The notes under the pieces are model-generated. The model worked only from the letters and a program-made list of their open reading frames with translations, was not told where the DNA came from and ran no database searches. Source: Chlamydiales bacterium (GTDB lineage: Bacteria > Chlamydiota > Chlamydiia > Chlamydiales > JAAZZY01). Taken from it: a DNA stretch of 64,000 nt. The DNA lies in contig CBDBKM010000002.1 in assembly GCA_965206695.1 (NCBI GenBank), positions 128,001-192,000 of the forward strand, given 5' to 3'. Both the position numbers and the translations under genes were made by a program. How positions within the stretch are numbered: position 1 is the stretch's first letter; every line of letters begins with the position of its first letter. Positions 10,870 through 21,781 of the stretch are shown piece by piece.

Positions 10870-12219
10870 TTAAGTTTGTGATAACGCCGGCTCTTTTCTA
10901 GCTTCTGCATTCCATAAAGGGATAAATAATAAAAAGCAAATAACACCACATATCGCTAAGGATATAAAAAATGCTTCCCAACCCCAATTTTGAGAAATAG
11001 CTCCTAGAGGAAGACCCGCAATCATGGCTCCAAAATAAGCGAACCACCCGGCAAACCCTGTAGCCGTACCCGATGCTTTTTTATGTGAAAATTCTGCTGC
11101 AGCCAGACCAATCAACATCTGAGGTCCGAAAATAAAAAAACCGATTATAAAAACTAATAGAGCATCAATCAATACTGATCCTCCCTGATACGACCAAAAC
11201 CCCAGGATGGAGATAAAAACACCGACTGAAAAAAGCGTATTCATAGGTCCTCTTTTACCTCTGCTCACACGATCTGATAACCAACCCGCTGCAAGCATAC
11301 CGATAAAACCACCTATTTCAAACCAAAAAACACAAGAATTCGCAGCCATTAACGTGTATCCCTTTGTCTCTACTAAATAAATAGCGGTCCAATCATTAAT
11401 ACCCATCCGAATGATGTAAACAAAGAGGGAAGCAAAACCTAATATCCATAGATAAGGATTGATAAGGACATAATCGAATAATAACTCTTTGAAGCTTAAA
11501 TCTTTTTCAAGATGATCTATTCTCATATTCTCCGGATAGTCAGCTCTGTGCTGTTCAATAATAGGTAATCCCAGCGACTGAGGAGTATCTCTTAATCGAT
11601 TAAATAAAAAAAAGCCTACAATAAAACAAATGACACCGGGAACAAATATTGCCATCCGCCAGCCACCAAATATGCTAATACAAAAAGCGACAAGCAAAGG
11701 TATTAAAGCTCCACCCAGATTATGAGACGTGCTCCATACACTCCACCATGTACCTCTTTCAGATCTAGAATACCAATGTGTAAGCAAGCGAGAACAGGGA
11801 GGCCATCCAAAACCTTGAAACCAGCCGTTTAATCCCCAAAAAATGGCAAAAAAGACTAAAGAAGAAGATAAGCCAAAGAATATATTTGCCAATGCGGTTA
11901 AAATAAGACCTAACGCCATAAAATAACGAGGATTCGATCTATCTGATAACATGCCGCTAACAAATTTACTTATCCCGTAAGTTATGTATAATACACTCCC
12001 CAGTAAACCAAGCTGAGTCTTATCCAGTCCTAACTCCTGCATCATAATGGGCATGGCAAAAGTAAAACTTTTTCTCGTAAAATAATAAAAAACGTAACCG
12101 ATATACATACCGTAAAAAATACGGATCCGCCAATAACGATACTCTTTTTTTATTTGTTCTTCATCTTTAATCGCCTCTAAATGAGGAGCAGGCTTGAATA
12201 GGTTTAGCATCGAATTCAT
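10870..12219 (-). CDS. uhpC: hexose-phosphate transporter (MFS, OPA family)
   Basis: YFTRKSF, DRSNPRYFM, SERGTWWSVWSTSHN, GPQMLIGLAAAE; adjacent to dnaE as in chlamydiae. Confidence 0.93.
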   Translation of the reverse strand: MNSMLNLFKPAPHLEAIKDEEQIKKEYRYWRIRIFYGMYIGYVFYYFTRKSFTFAMPIMMQELGLDKTQLGLLGSVLYITYGISKFVSGMLSDRSNPRYFMALGLILTALANIFFGLSSSLVFFAIFWGLNGWFQGFGWPPCSRLLTHWYSRSERGTWWSVWSTSHNLGGALIPLLVAFCISIFGGWRMAIFVPGVICFIVGFFLFNRLRDTPQSLGLPIIEQHRADYPENMRIDHLEKDLSFKELLFDYVLINPYLWILGFASLFVYIIRMGINDWTAIYLVETKGYTLMAANSCVFWFEIGGFIGMLAAGWLSDRVSRGKRGPMNTLFSVGVFISILGFWSYQGGSVLIDALLVFIIGFFIFGPQMLIGLAAAEFSHKKASGTATGFAGWFAYFGAMIAGLPLGAISQNWGWEAFFISLAICGVICFLLFIPLWNAEARKEPALSQT

Positions 12220-12327
12220 ATTCTACCTATTTCCTTGAATTTTGGCTTATTCTTTAGATATTTAATCCTTCCAAATTAATAAGAGACCCTTCCAAATCAG
12301 GGCAAAAAAAATTCTAATGGGGTCGAA

Positions 12328-12356
12328 AATGTAATCAGGAACCCAAGCTTTGTCAA
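12328..12356 (-). promoter_or_regulatory. sigma66-type promoter for uhpC(-dnaE)
   Basis: TTGACA-17nt-TACATT on minus strand. Confidence 0.5.
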
Positions 12357-12392
12357 CTATTTTTCTTTTATACTGAATTGAATACAAGGTTG

Positions 12393-13491
12393 CGCCCTTT
12401 CAACATCGAAGTGCAACACTCGCTGCTTCCTTACTGAGACGGTTAAACACCTCCTCCGGTGTTGAAAAGTTTAACACTTTTCGGGGTCTATTGTTAAGCA
12501 AGTTCTCAATCTTTTTTAAATTACCTGCTGAGACTTCATCAAACCGTTTATTTTTAGGGAGATATTGTCGAACGAGTCCATTCGTATGCTCGTTCAGCCC
12601 TCTCTCCCACGAATGATAGGGGGTAGCAAAGTAAAAACTTGTCTCAAGTAATTGGCTCACTTGTTTATGGTAAGTAAATTCTTTCCCGTTGTCAGCAGTT
12701 AATGTCATGACAAATTTTTGGACCGGTCTTAACCTGTTTACTAGCGCATCCTTTACTTCCTCAGCGGTTTTACGCGAGACTTTTTCCGGTTTTGTTAGCT
12801 TTGAGACTCTTTCGACCATTGAGACAATGACTCCGCTCCCTTCTGTTCCTATGATTGTATCCAGTTCCCAATCGCCTAAACGAGTTTTCTTCTCTACGAT
12901 ATCAGGCCTTTCAGAAATATCTGTCCGTCCGGGAATCCATCCTCGTCCGGCCCTATTTTTACCTCGCTTGTTATATTTCTTCCCACTATGTCTAAGGTGT
13001 TTATACAACAAGCCTCCTCTTTTTTTGTCCTCCCAAACATAGTTATAGATTGTCTCATGGCTTACAGCTTCTTGATACCCTTTCTTCTTCAGCCATCCCG
13101 ATATTTGATCGGGGCTCCACTGCACGCTTAACTTCTCTTCGATAATGGCAATCATTACACTGCTCATCTTTCGTTGTTGAGTTTTTGAGCCTCGTCTCTT
13201 TAAAGCCTTCTCTTGAGCCTGTTGATACCGATATCCACGCTTTCCACAATTTCGTTTTAGCTCGCGATAAACAGTCGATCGATTTACGTTTAACTCATTG
13301 GAAATTAAGGTGATAGGATCTCCTCTTCTTATTAAGGTATACAATTGGCATCTCTTGTCTTTGTTTAAGTGACGGTAGCCGTTTGGCATCTTTCCTCCTT
13401 GGTTTTCTTACGTTTACCATAGGAGATTTTTTACCACCTTCAGACAAGTTTAATTTGTAGCGGTTTGTTGCACTTCGATGTTGAAAGGGCG
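12393..13491 (-). mobile_element. IS30-family element, complete
   Basis: Perfect 26-bp TIRs CGCCCTTTCAACATCGAAGTGCAACA, TTG target duplication; transposase 12400..13389 with GDWELDT, DNGKEF, ERGLNEHTNGLVRQYLPK. Confidence 0.95.
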
Positions 13492-13729
13492 TTGAATAAC
13501 CTAGCATCTTTACAAATAAACCGCAATCAAATGATCCATTTTCAAATTTAATTTAGTTGATTTTTTTACTCTTAATGCTTACAAAAAAATGCCTTTTGCT
13601 TTACTTTATGTTAGAGATCTATTAAAAAAATGAATGCTCTTTGTTCCATTCTCCGATTTTTTAGGTGAAAAATTTAGTATTCAATGGGTCAACGATTAGA
13701 TTTGAAAATTCTGTTAATTAAAATGATCA

Positions 13730-14485
13730 ATGCAAGTATCACAGACAAACAATAAGCAGTCTTTAAAGAACCGAATCATCTCTTCAAAAAAAACAGGGAT
13801 TCTTTCTCATCTATTTAAGAGAAAAAAGAGAGTTCAATTGCAAACCGATAACTCTCAAAATATTAAAATATCGATAAAAGCTTTAAAATTATCCGGTAAA
13901 GTCTATTCTCCTAATAAAGAAAAAACTACTACTAATGCCAGTAACGGTTTATTTACAGATAAAATAAGTATTTATTTTGGAATGGCACTTATCCTTTTTA
14001 TGATAGGACTAGCGCTTACCTTTTTTTTCCTTAAACAACATACTCCGGTTCCGGCGTCCCCAATCCGATCCACTTATTCACCTTATTCTAAAAAAATTAG
14101 CCATGCATATTTCACTACTGCAAAAAGAAAAAATCATTCATTTTTCAACCGATTTCAAAAGAAAAAATTGAATGAATTATCCGAATACATTAGAGAAAAA
14201 GAGCAAAACTTACACCAAATGACAGAAACCGTTACCTCTTTATTGAAATATCAACCGGTTTACTATCAACCATTTATTCAGCAATTATTAAGTTACGAAA
14301 AAAATTACCTAAAAACACAAAAACAACTCGATCAAGTTATTGATAATCTAAATACCGGCTACAATATCCCTTTTACCCCACCATTTTTTTCTGATTCTAT
14401 TACTAAAACAATTACGACTGATGCCCTAATCCCCTATTATCTTTCTTCTCCGGTAGATAATTATCCTATTATCTATTCAGATTAG
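13730..14485 (+). CDS. hypothetical membrane protein with one TM helix and a coiled coil
   Basis: 251-aa ORF, hydrophobic ISIYFGMALILFMIGLALTFFFL, heptad-like LNELSEYIREKEQNLHQMTETV. Confidence 0.6.
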   Translation: MQVSQTNNKQSLKNRIISSKKTGILSHLFKRKKRVQLQTDNSQNIKISIKALKLSGKVYSPNKEKTTTNASNGLFTDKISIYFGMALILFMIGLALTFFFLKQHTPVPASPIRSTYSPYSKKISHAYFTTAKRKNHSFFNRFQKKKLNELSEYIREKEQNLHQMTETVTSLLKYQPVYYQPFIQQLLSYEKNYLKTQKQLDQVIDNLNTGYNIPFTPPFFSDSITKTITTDALIPYYLSSPVDNYPIIYSD

Positions 14486-14794
14486 GAGTTTTGTGTAGAG
14501 ACCCTTAATTAGCCCTTTCAACGTTGAAGTGCAACAAATAGGAGCAAATAGAAAATAATTGATTACTACAGTGGAGTTTTGTTCAGATATCAGGCAGATT
14601 GAAAGAGACGGGTCTTTTTATCAGCCATGAAAGCATCTATCGTCACATTTGGAAAGATAAACAAAATGGGGACCACCTACTTATAAGGATTTAAGACATC
14701 AAGTAAAAAGTATAAAAAACGAGGTTCTGTTAAAGCCGGCCGGGGCTTTATTCCCGACCGAGTTGATACTGATGAGAGGCCGGATGTTGTCAAT

Positions 14795-16109
14795 AGACTT
14801 TTTTCGAAATGCATCATAAAGATCTCTGCATAACTGACTTGATAATATTTTTTAAAACTCACTGATCTAAATCATTTGAAAAAAAATTGACCAAGGCAGA
14901 AGAAAAGCTCAAGAAACAACTTTGGCATTTGGGTAATGAGGAATTTAAATAAACTAAAAAAAACTCATTTATATTCCATTTAAAATATGGTAAATTTTAT
15001 TTTGGATACAAGATTTTGCTAGCTTTAATAAGAAAGCGAATAGAAAAGGACGGTTTATTTTAGTTAGAGAAAATTATTTGATTCGCTTTTTAAAAGATCC
15101 TGGGTTTGATTCTATTTTTTTAAAAAGCATCGTTTATAATATCGGACAATATCAATACAAAAATTGGCGCCAAGAAAATCCAACGATTAAGATGGACTTT
15201 GTCCGGAAAATCAGTAAAGAAATTATAAGATTATTGTTTTGTTTGGATATGATTAATTAGAAAAACGTTTAGAGGTCTAATAAGGTGATTATGGGTGCAA
15301 AGAATCGCAAGAATCGATTGCCGATTAAATACAAATCATTGTTCGTCTATTCCGATAACGACCGGAAATGATTTTAAAGCGTTTGATCATTCCTATCACA
15401 TTTTCATTCAAAACATGTTCCCTGATAATTGTCTATCATTGTTCTTATCTTCTTTAGTTTAGAGGCTTCTTCTTACTTTTCGGTTTTTTTTGGCATATTT
15501 GGTATTAGCATAAAGCTTTTTTAGTCCTTGATATCCCGTATCCGTTTAATACGTTTATTCTCGGATGAATTTTTATTTTTGACTCCTTAAACAGTCTAAA
15601 ATCATGTCTCCTACCATTAGAAAATGCCGTACAAATAATTTGTTGTGTTTTCTTATCTACTATAACCTGAGTCTTTAAGGTATGCTTTTTCTTTTTCCTC
15701 GATTAGAAATATTTTTGTTTTTTTAAAAGTACTTGACGACCGGATAAAGCAAAATCAGGGTGCTTAATGTAAGTGTATCTTCAATCCACTTTATACTTTT
15801 ATAAGTGCTGCTTTCACTTATACCGGAACTTTGCCTGACATGAAAATTAGGTTCTATATTCTCTCATATACTCTAAAGCCATTAAATGTATCTTCTAAAC
15901 TTAGTTCCTTTTTTCTTCCACTAAAAGTTTTTCTATTTCTAATCGATGTGTTTAATATGAATATTATTCAATCGAATGTTGATTTTTTTATACCTGTTAA
16001 ACAACGAAACTTTTCATCATTCAAGGTGCGAATTTTTTCAAATTTCATGGTACAAACCTACTGTTAAAGTAGGCTATTATAATCAAAAGTTTAATTTCGA
16101 AAGAAGTCT
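14795..16109 (-). mobile_element. IS5-family remnant nested in the IS30 remnant
   Basis: TIRs AGACTTTTTTCGAAA / TTTCGAAAGAAGTCT, AAT duplication, homologous to 28537..29119 and 53651..54554. Confidence 0.85.
14868..15279 (+). mobile_element. IS1634 3'-end remnant with many short deletions
   Basis: Colinear near-identical blocks matching 22771..23539. Confidence 0.85.
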
Positions 16110-16150
16110 AATGAAATATCTACTTGTTACGCTTCATAGTTGAAAAGGCG

Positions 16151-16335
16151 CTGCGATTGACAAATTGGACGGCTGTTGCAGATATCTGCAACAGCTCTGC
16201 CTTTGAGGCCTTCATAGAATAATCTTTGATTTTGTTTTACTATCCCATTGCTTCGTCTTCATCAAGGGTCTTCTTAACTTAAAAAGTTACCGGTTTACTC
16301 CCTTTTGTAATTGCTGTTCTTAATGGAAGTCAGCA
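16151..16335 (-). mobile_element. IS3-family left-end/orfA remnant
   Basis: Starts TG on minus strand; reads MKTKQWDSKTKSKII/EGLKGRAVADICN, an IS3 OrfA HTH-like N-terminus. Confidence 0.7.
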
Positions 16336-16419
16336 TACTTTCTTCTTTTCTTTTTTCTCCTAATTTACTAAAATCCTTTTACTTGTAGCTGTTTAAACTA
16401 TCATTTTTATAAGTATCAT

Positions 16420-17721
16420 ATGTCTTACACAATTCCTAAAGGTGTTTTTGATATACTCCCTGAAGACCCTGACTCTCAATTCTCATGGAGAAATTCGGAT
16501 CGCTGGGAATATGTTATTAATACCATTCATGTTTTGGCTAAGCTATACGGCTTCCATCAAATAAGCACCCCCATTTTCGAAAAAACTGAATTATTTAAAC
16601 GAGGTGTTGGTAGTGATACGGATATTGTAAATAAAGAAATGTATACATTTAATGATAAGGCTAAAAGATCTATGACATTAAGGCCCGAAGGAACAGCTCC
16701 TGTCGTGCGTTGTTTTACTGAAAAAAAGCTCCACTTACAAAAACATGTTCATAAACTCTATTACATTGGACCGATGTTCCGTTATGAAAGACAACAAGCC
16801 GGTAGGTATCGTCAACATCATCAGTTTGGGGCTGAAGTTATCGGAGAGAAAAATCCGGAACAAGACGTAGAATTAATTGATTTCCTCTACACACTCTATT
16901 CTCAACTTGGTCTAAAAAATCTTACTGTTTTTTTAAATTCTGTTGGGAATCAAACAACTCGGAAAAAATTTGGGTCTGCATTAAAAAATTATCTTAAACC
17001 ATACCTTGATCAACTATCATTAGACAGTCAAAATCGATTTAAGAAAAATCCTCTTAGAATTTTAGACTCTAAAGATCATGCTGATCAAAAAATAGTTGCC
17101 GGAGTTCCTTCAATTTTAGATTTTTTAGAAGATGGAGATAAAGACCATTTTAAAACTGTTTTATCTTGTCTTAAAAGTCTCAAAATCCCCTACTCCATTA
17201 GCGATAAGTTAGTAAGAGGATTAGATTATTATAATTGTACTGTTTTTGAAGTCGTTTCGAAAGAACCGGGGGCTCAAAATACTATTGGCGCCGGAGGACG
17301 ATACGATGGACTTCTCAATACTCTAAGAGGTCCGGATTTACCTGCTGTTGGTTTTGCAACAGGTATAGAACGAATTCTACAAACAATGGAAAATCAACGT
17401 GTAAAATTTCCCGATCCACATCACCCCCTTCTTTTCCTTATTCCATTAGGAAAAGAAGCAGTAAATACCTGTTTTCTTCTTTTAAAAGAGTTACGAAATA
17501 ACAATATCCATGCAGAAATGGATTTTTCACAAAAAAAATTAAAACATGTGATGCGCTATGCTGATAAAATACGAACGGATTTTGTCATTATCCTAGGGGA
17601 AAACGAAATGCAATCCGGTATATGCAAATTAAAAAATATGCAAACAGGGATATCTGAGGAAATTCATCTGAATGGCTTGCTTTCTAAACTCCAACAGTTT
17701 CCGAAAAAAAATAATATTTAG
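16420..17721 (+). CDS. hisS: histidine--tRNA ligase
   Basis: LRPEGTA, FRYERQQAGRYRQHHQFG, LVRGLDYY, GGRYDGL. Confidence 0.98.
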   Translation: MSYTIPKGVFDILPEDPDSQFSWRNSDRWEYVINTIHVLAKLYGFHQISTPIFEKTELFKRGVGSDTDIVNKEMYTFNDKAKRSMTLRPEGTAPVVRCFTEKKLHLQKHVHKLYYIGPMFRYERQQAGRYRQHHQFGAEVIGEKNPEQDVELIDFLYTLYSQLGLKNLTVFLNSVGNQTTRKKFGSALKNYLKPYLDQLSLDSQNRFKKNPLRILDSKDHADQKIVAGVPSILDFLEDGDKDHFKTVLSCLKSLKIPYSISDKLVRGLDYYNCTVFEVVSKEPGAQNTIGAGGRYDGLLNTLRGPDLPAVGFATGIERILQTMENQRVKFPDPHHPLLFLIPLGKEAVNTCFLLLKELRNNNIHAEMDFSQKKLKHVMRYADKIRTDFVIILGENEMQSGICKLKNMQTGISEEIHLNGLLSKLQQFPKKNNI

Positions 17722-17729
17722 GTCGACAC

Positions 17730-19499
17730 ATGCCAAACTATCTTAGAACACACAACTGTCAAGAACTTAGAGCTAAAAATATTGAGGAAACGATTACCCT
17801 ATCCGGTTGGGTTCATCGCCGTCGAGATCATGGAGGACTTATCTTTATTGATCTACGTGATTTATACGGTTTGACACAACTTGTATTTGATCCCAAAGTC
17901 AATACAGATACTCATGCTGATGCTGAAAAGTTACGTGCTGAATGGGTGATTTCTGTAAAGGGAAATGTGATCCCAAGAAAAGAAGGAATGCAAAACTCTA
18001 ATCTAGATACCGGAGAAATCGAAATAAACGTCCAATCCCTAGAGATATTATCTCCGGCTAAAACCCCTCCTTTTTCAGTATGCGATGATGCTCTCGATGT
18101 TCATGAAGAATTAAGACTAAAGTATCGATACTTAGATATTCGAAGGGGAGGAATAGCTCGAAATCTTATTTTGCGACATAAAGCCACAATGCTCATTCGA
18201 AATTTCTTAGATAAATCCGGTTTTTTTGAAATTACCACTCCTATTTTATGTAAGTCTACTCCGGAAGGAGCTAGAGACTATATCGTCCCCTCACGTATTC
18301 ATCCCGGCCATTTCTATGCATTGCCCCAATCTCCCCAATTGTTTAAACAAATTCTAATGATTTCGGGCATGGATAAATATTTTCAAATTGCCACTTGCTT
18401 TAGAGATGAAGATCTTAGAGCAGACCGACAACCTGAATTTACACAAATAGATGTTGAACTCAGTTTTTCAAATTCTGATATACTTTTCTCCTTAGTAGAA
18501 TCTCTTTTTAAAGATATGTTTAAAACCCTACTTGGCGTTGATATCAAGACCCCTTTCCGCCATTTAACCCATAAAGAATGTCTAGAGGTTTATGGCACAG
18601 ATAAGCCTGATTTGCGTTTTGCGATGCCACTCGCTCGTTTAGATGATATTGCAATAAAATCTACTTTTTCAGTTTTTCTTGATCAAATAAAAACCGGGGG
18701 TTGTATCAAAGGAATCTGCGTTAAAGGGGGGCAAGATGTATCAAGAAAAGGCATCAATGAATATACAAATTTTGTCGGACAATTTGGAATTACAGGTCTT
18801 GCATGGATGAAAATGCAGAACGGAACATTAACTTCTAGTATCGTGAAGTTCTTTAATGAAGAGACTCAAAAGCTACTTATTAATCGATTAAATATCGAAG
18901 ATAACGATCTTATTTTAATGGCCGCTGATCAGGAAGATCGAGTCAATCAAGCCATGGATCATTTACGTAGAAAAATTGCCAAAGCCCGTTCTCTTATTTC
19001 ACCGAACCATTACGAATTACTATGGGTAACTGACTTCCCTCTCTTTACTTGGGATAAAGAATCCAATAGATTACATTCAGAGCATCACCCGTTTACTTCG
19101 ATTCATCCGGAAGACTGTGAATTATTAGACTCTGATCCCTTAAAAGCCAGAGCATCAAGTTATGATTTAGTTCTTGATGGCTATGAAATAGCATCCGGGT
19201 CACAAAGGATTCATGATAATAAATTACAAAAAAAGATTTTTTCTTTGTTACAATTATCTGACCAAGAAATAGAAAGTAAATTTGGCTTTTTTGTTGACTC
19301 TCTTCAATACGGAACTCCTCCTCATCTTGGAATTGCTATCGGATTAGACCGACTTTTAATGATTTTTTCTAATACCGAAAACATTCGAGATGTTATCGCT
19401 TTTCCTAAGACTCAAAAAGCCGGTGATCTTATGATGGAAGCACCCTCATCTATTCAAGAACAACAACTTGCAGAACTGAAGATCTCTTTAGAGGAATAA
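17730..19499 (+). CDS. aspS: aspartate--tRNA ligase
   Basis: RRDHGGLIFIDLRD, STPEGARDY, LPQSPQLFKQ, FRDEDLRADRQPEFTQ. Confidence 0.98.
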   Translation: MPNYLRTHNCQELRAKNIEETITLSGWVHRRRDHGGLIFIDLRDLYGLTQLVFDPKVNTDTHADAEKLRAEWVISVKGNVIPRKEGMQNSNLDTGEIEINVQSLEILSPAKTPPFSVCDDALDVHEELRLKYRYLDIRRGGIARNLILRHKATMLIRNFLDKSGFFEITTPILCKSTPEGARDYIVPSRIHPGHFYALPQSPQLFKQILMISGMDKYFQIATCFRDEDLRADRQPEFTQIDVELSFSNSDILFSLVESLFKDMFKTLLGVDIKTPFRHLTHKECLEVYGTDKPDLRFAMPLARLDDIAIKSTFSVFLDQIKTGGCIKGICVKGGQDVSRKGINEYTNFVGQFGITGLAWMKMQNGTLTSSIVKFFNEETQKLLINRLNIEDNDLILMAADQEDRVNQAMDHLRRKIAKARSLISPNHYELLWVTDFPLFTWDKESNRLHSEHHPFTSIHPEDCELLDSDPLKARASSYDLVLDGYEIASGSQRIHDNKLQKKIFSLLQLSDQEIESKFGFFVDSLQYGTPPHLGIAIGLDRLLMIFSNTENIRDVIAFPKTQKAGDLMMEAPSSIQEQQLAELKISLEE

Positions 19500-19645
19500 A
19501 TTATTCCATTAGTTTTAAAATAATTTTTGCCTTAATTTAAAAAAAATAAGAAACAATTCATGTTTCAGCAAAACACTTTTGACTTAAAATGAAGCATCTT
19601 TTAACAATAATCACATATTGATCTCAATGTAGGAGAATTAAAAAA

Positions 19646-20401
19646 ATGTCGTATATACGTAATCTATTTTTATCTTTAGGAATTGGAACCTTCACTATCT
19701 CAACTTTCGCTTTTTCTGATGATGTTGCTTCAGAGAATGAAAAAGATACGCTTCCGGAAGTGACTGTAATTTCAGAAGCGTTTGGGCATCTCATTGCTCA
19801 TAATTTAGATAGTCCCGGTTTTCAATTTAATTTACAAGGCGTGATTAAAGGAATGCAAGATGCTTCAGAAGGCAAAGTATCTCCTTTAACAGAGATAGAA
19901 TATGAGCAAGCTATCACAGTAATACAAAAAACCTGTTTTGATGAGTTAGCTAATCAAAACCTTCATGATGCCAATGACTTTATGTCTAAAAATGCCAATA
20001 ACGAAGAAGTTATTGAATTGGTCCCCGGTAAACTACATATCTCTATCTTAGAAATGGGTAGTGGTTATGAAATTGCAGCAGATAGCACACCTCTTGTTCA
20101 TTATACCGGAAAGTATATGGATGAAACAGTGTTCAGCTCTTCAAAAGATATTGGAGAACCTATACCTTTGGAACTGGATCGTGCGATTCCGGGGTTTACT
20201 CAAGGTTTAGTTGGTGCTAAAGTTGGAGAGAAAAGGAGATTATATATTCATCCTGATCTAGCTTACGGTACTTCCGATTTGCTTCCACCAAATTCCTTAT
20301 TAATTTTTGATATAGAAATAATAAGTTCTGATATTAAATCTGATAATAATCAGAATTTAATCGATGCTTTGGTTGGTGAAGAACTATCTTCTGAACAATA
20401 A
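19646..20401 (+). CDS. mip: FKBP-type peptidyl-prolyl isomerase (Mip)
   Basis: VHYTG, IPGFTQGL, GEKRRLYIHPDLAYG, LPPNSLLIFDIE. Confidence 0.9.
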   Translation: MSYIRNLFLSLGIGTFTISTFAFSDDVASENEKDTLPEVTVISEAFGHLIAHNLDSPGFQFNLQGVIKGMQDASEGKVSPLTEIEYEQAITVIQKTCFDELANQNLHDANDFMSKNANNEEVIELVPGKLHISILEMGSGYEIAADSTPLVHYTGKYMDETVFSSSKDIGEPIPLELDRAIPGFTQGLVGAKVGEKRRLYIHPDLAYGTSDLLPPNSLLIFDIEIISSDIKSDNNQNLIDALVGEELSSEQ

Positions 20402-20422
20402 TTTGTATCTATATTTCATTTA

Positions 20423-20878
20423 ATGAAGATTCTTTTATTTCAGCCCCGCATTCCACAGAATGCGGGCAATATTGTTCGTACTTGCGCCGTTACTGCGAGT
20501 GAACTGGTTATGGTACGTCCTCTTGGATTCAGTACATCTGATCGAATGCTCAAACGTGCGGGCCTTGATTATTGGGAAGGGGTAAATATTTCCATTATCG
20601 ATGATTTATTTTCCTATTTAGAAAAATATGATGGCTCATTCTATTTTTTTTCTACAAAAGGAGCAAAACCGTATTCCGAAATTCAGTATCAAACAAATGA
20701 TCTTTTAATATTTGGTTCTGAAATTATCGGCCTTCCGGAAGAAGTTCATAAAAAATGGCCTGAAAAAATTCTTACTATTCCGATGAAAACCAACTGTAGA
20801 TCTTTAAATGTATCCAATAGCGTCGCTATCGTCTTATATGAATCACTTCGACAGAATAACTTTAGTTCCTTGCAATAA
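20423..20878 (+). CDS. trmL: tRNA (cytidine(34)-2'-O)-methyltransferase
   Basis: PRIPQNAGNIVRTC, RAGLDYW, IPMK..RSLNVSNS. Confidence 0.93.
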   Translation: MKILLFQPRIPQNAGNIVRTCAVTASELVMVRPLGFSTSDRMLKRAGLDYWEGVNISIIDDLFSYLEKYDGSFYFFSTKGAKPYSEIQYQTNDLLIFGSEIIGLPEEVHKKWPEKILTIPMKTNCRSLNVSNSVAIVLYESLRQNNFSSLQ

Positions 20879-20889
20879 CTTCTTCAAGA

Positions 20890-21041
20890 GTGATAATTCC
20901 TACAACCCTAAAGGGAAGGGATTTCTCATTCAACGACCATTGCTTACAAACGTTAGTCTAACACAATCTCCAAAGGCTTAAATTACCGACTGCCCTTCAG
21001 TATACACTCTTCGCTACTGAAAGGGTACAAAAAGTATAAAT
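20890..21041 (-). mobile_element. non-autonomous IS605-family mini-element carrying omega-RNA-like right end
   Basis: 20895..20995 closely matches the tnpB 3' end/right end at 63430..63525; ends TCAC on minus strand. Confidence 0.75.
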
Positions 21042-21119
21042 CAGGAGTTTCGCGCGTAAGCGTTAACACATAGCCAAAATATTTTGCATATTTAAAGTAA
21101 TAGCGGGCTTTATTATTTT

Positions 21120-21535
21120 CTAATCTTGTTGATAAAAAGATATTTTATCTTGCATCCTTTGCTTAAATTTGTGTAACCAAGCATAAATAGACATAAAAAT
21201 ATGATTTCGTTGCGCTCGTGCGTTACGAGACTGCCGGCGCTCAAGGCCATAAGTTTGTTTCAATTTTCTATGATAAACTTCTATGTGCCAACGAATCTTT
21301 ATGATTGTTTCAACATCATGACGACCGGGTTCTTCAATATTAGTGACCACATAATCAATGTAACCATTTTTAACCGGAAACTTGAAAGCCGTAATAAAAC
21401 CATAACCGCGCAAGTGAATGCTTAGTCCTTCATACGGAATATCCAAATCTTCCAAACTTACATTTCGATTAACTTTTCTAGTGTTACGCAAACCGGTGAC
21501 AAAATATAACCCTATATCTCTGATAGACTTTGAAT
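21120..21535 (-). mobile_element. IS701-family transposase C-terminal remnant
   Basis: RWHIEVYHRKLKQ..GLE..Q.R..RAQRNHI motif. Confidence 0.75.
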
Positions 21536-21781
21536 TTTTTAAAGTCTATTTTTAACCTTCCAAAAATCATGTGTATAATAAAGTGATGCCGCAACAGTTG
21601 CGGCATCACTCTTAAAACTCAAAGGAATCGCATCTATCACCTCTTCTGCATACTCCTCTGTAAACGTGCAAATCAAAGAATTGCCTACCCAATGTCTAAC
21701 ATTTGCCATTGGTGTTTTAGAATCATCTGAACTCTGTGATGTATAGCTCTGCATGTGATCTAAATTCTGATTTGCCTCAAA

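Larger units (their letters stand above)
14512..16150 (+). mobile_element. internally deleted IS30-family remnant (outer layer of nested stack)
   Basis: TIR-like ends GCCCTTTCAACGTTGAAGTGCAACA (14512) and TGTTACGCTTCATAGTTGAAAAGGCG (to 16150); fragments ISHESIYRHIWKDK and KAGRGFIPDRVD. Confidence 0.8.

Noticed and set aside
16172..16195. Perfect 24-bp palindrome GCTGTTGCAGATATCTGCAACAGC
   Set aside because: Lies within the IS3 orfA remnant coding AVADICNS; no evidence for a separate element
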